Program-made: the position numbers and the translations under genes
Shown here: positions 62,014 to 64,000 of the stretch, piece by piece
How positions within the stretch are numbered: position 1 is the stretch's first letter
How the letters are laid out: every line of letters starts with the position of its first letter
Assembly: GCA_950097015.1 (NCBI GenBank)
Contig: CATNEN010000008.1
Coordinates: 4,216,001 to 4,280,000 of the forward strand
Direction of reading: 5' to 3'
Length of the DNA: 64,000 nucleotides
DNA from: Macrostomum hystrix
Taxonomy: Eukaryota; Animalia; Platyhelminthes
Notes under the pieces: model-generated
Databases searched by the model: none
What the model was told of the DNA's origin: nothing
Seen by the model: the letters and a program-made list of their open reading frames with translations, nothing else

Positions 62014-63919
62014 CTAAGAGCGGCTGTCAGCGGCAGCAGCTCCAGCTGTTGAGTCGACTGCTGCGGCTTTTTTTGAAGCGTCGCGGATTGCTGATGGCAT
62101 CTTCTGACTGGCTGACACGTCTTCGGCGGCTGCGTTGGCGCTCGCGATGGCAGAGGCTGTATTTGAGCAGGGGTGCCTAAAAGAGTTTGAATTGAAGTGT
62201 ATTGCGCAACCTTCAGTTATAGAAATGACAGCTTCTAGTAGCGCAAGAATACTTCTGAAATGTTCATCGGATTTCCGCCGTGGTTCGAGCACGAATCGCC
62301 CGCCGCCTCCTTGGAAGCTGCCGCTGTCGGATCGCAGCTCCCAGCTCCTCTGCAGCCGGTGCGGCAGCTCGTCTGGCGACAATCGCCGACGCATCGGCGC
62401 CGTCTCCTGGCGCTGCCGAAGGCGCCGACGCCGTGGGGTCGCCGGCTCGGGCTCCTCAATGGCGAGGTCGAATTGGCAACCGACGTCCTCGTCGCATTCG
62501 TCCTCGCCTTTGCAATCGCCGCAGGCCTCGCGTTCATCGGCCATGGCGGCTACGGCGAGCCGAATAATTTCAGCGGCGGTTGCGCGCTCGCCGACCCGCA
62601 GATCGACGCTACGGCGATGCGATGATGCGGCGAAGTGAACACGAATGACGAATTGACCGTCGCTTTCGACATCACCCTCGCTGTCGCCATTGTCTACCAA
62701 AGCTCTGGCATCTTCTGAATTGAAATTCTGGCTTCTCCTGCGGCAGAGCACCAGACGACTATTGCGACCGACAGTCAGAAGGTTTGCCACCTGAATTGTT
62801 TTTTTACGAGCGTATTATAAAAATCTAGAAAATTTCTCGCTAAAGAAATGCAGACGGACGGACTTACCGGTTCGTTAAGACTGCAGAGTCGCGTCGAGCC
62901 ATGGCCCTCGATGTTCGACTCCTCCATCAGCGCCCAGCCGCTCAAGCTGGGCCGACGTTGGTCGTCCCGGCTGCGACTTTGCTGTCGACCAGGACGTCTC
63001 TGTTGCAGCAGTTTGGTCAGAAGGTCGGCTACCAGACTGCCAGCAGGGAGGCGAATATTTACAACACGCTGCCGCTCAGATTTGTCCTCGCCATTGTCCT
63101 CGCCATTGTCCTCGCCGTTATCATTTGTCTGGGCATCCTCGCCGTATTCAACATTTTCATCGACGTCACTTTTGTCAGCGTCCTCATCGAGGGGACAGTG
63201 CACCGCGGCCATCAGCTGCTGATGATCGGGCAGAGTCTCAGACTCAGCAGCAAATCTCTGGCGATGGCTCCTGGCTGCAGCTCGACTGTGGCTGCCGCAG
63301 TCTCCCTGAGTCTGTTGATTATTAGTAGTGTGCGCAGGTTTATGACTCTACCAGGTGTGAAATGTACTTTAGGCGCAAATTTATACATCAGTCTTTAAAT
63401 TACTTGAAAGGCCAGGCGCCTTCGCGCACTGTCTGAAAATGACGAGCCGGCAGGTGTGAATTTTATCATAGGCTCGTTATTGATCCGGTTTGAAGCGGTT
63501 TCAGGTGCCTCTTCCGCGGCCGAGGCGGCGGCACGATCAAAAGAGACGCCGCCACTGCCGATTGATGTGGCCGCCGGAGTCGAGACGCGATCAAAGGAAG
63601 AGGCGCCGCCACCGCCGCCGCCGACTGATGTTGCCGCCACCGCCGCCGCCTCAGTGTCGACCCGCGTGAAAAGCAGCAAAGTTGGCAGCTCCAGCGGCTG
63701 GTTGGACATGCTGCGCAATCTCAGGTGTCGATAGCCTACAGTTCCCAGGTGACAAAGAGACGAGAAGTCAGAATTGATTGCACTAAACTCCTGAAGCTAT
63801 TTAAGTAATTACTCACCGCTCTGCAGCTCCTTGAATAGCAATGTCCGCTGCATCAGGCTGTGCCCGCTGCCGATCTCCACAACGGTGAAACGAATAAATG
63901 CCAATTCGGGAAAATGAAG
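62014..63919 (-). CDS. PLCE1: Phospholipase C epsilon, last four coding exons (end of C2 domain + two Ras-association domains); rest of gene beyond the window end
   Basis: Exons 63919-63817, 63735-63404, 63311-62868 and 62790-62014 (phases 1,0,0). LHFPELAFIRFTVVE..QRTLLFKELQSG|YRHLRLRS matches the PLC C2 end. RA1 contains VVNIRL..LVADLL..WALMEE, and RA2 contains FVIRVH..ATAAEII..RRLSPDE..QRSW..GRFVL. The start of the third exon is the least certain boundary. Confidence 0.8.
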
Positions 63920-64000
63920 CTGAAATTTATTTGATAGAATATGCTTTTCACCTACTTTCAGTAGGATAACTCAGGTTTTATAGGATATTTCGCTGTCAAC

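Overview
This is eukaryotic (animal) genomic DNA with spliceosomal GT-AG introns, GC-rich exons with polyQ/polyG tracts, and minisatellite-packed introns. The organism cannot be proven from the sequence; the style and the spiralian-type TALE gene are consistent with a flatworm such as Macrostomum (inference). Six protein-coding genes were reconstructed by hand with consistent exon phases: RSPRY1 (minus, 3' end outside the window), a C2H2 zinc-finger + polyQ + TALE-homeodomain gene (minus), a Y_phosphatase3-type tyrosine phosphatase (plus), a complete 15-exon Mcr/TEP6-type thioester-family gene with a dead thioester (minus), eIF5 (minus, with a uORF-containing leader), and the 3' end of PLC-epsilon (minus). 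Mobile DNA comprises a decayed MULE (NOF-FB/Rehavkus-like) transposase, two MITEs, two CORE-type SINE copies, and a ~7.8 kb head-to-tail chain of ten non-autonomous Helitrons. Two of those Helitrons carry minisatellite arrays, one of which recurs in a distant intron. About 30 tandem arrays account for most long ORFs in the supplied track, and those ORFs are spurious. Repeat boundaries are approximate.
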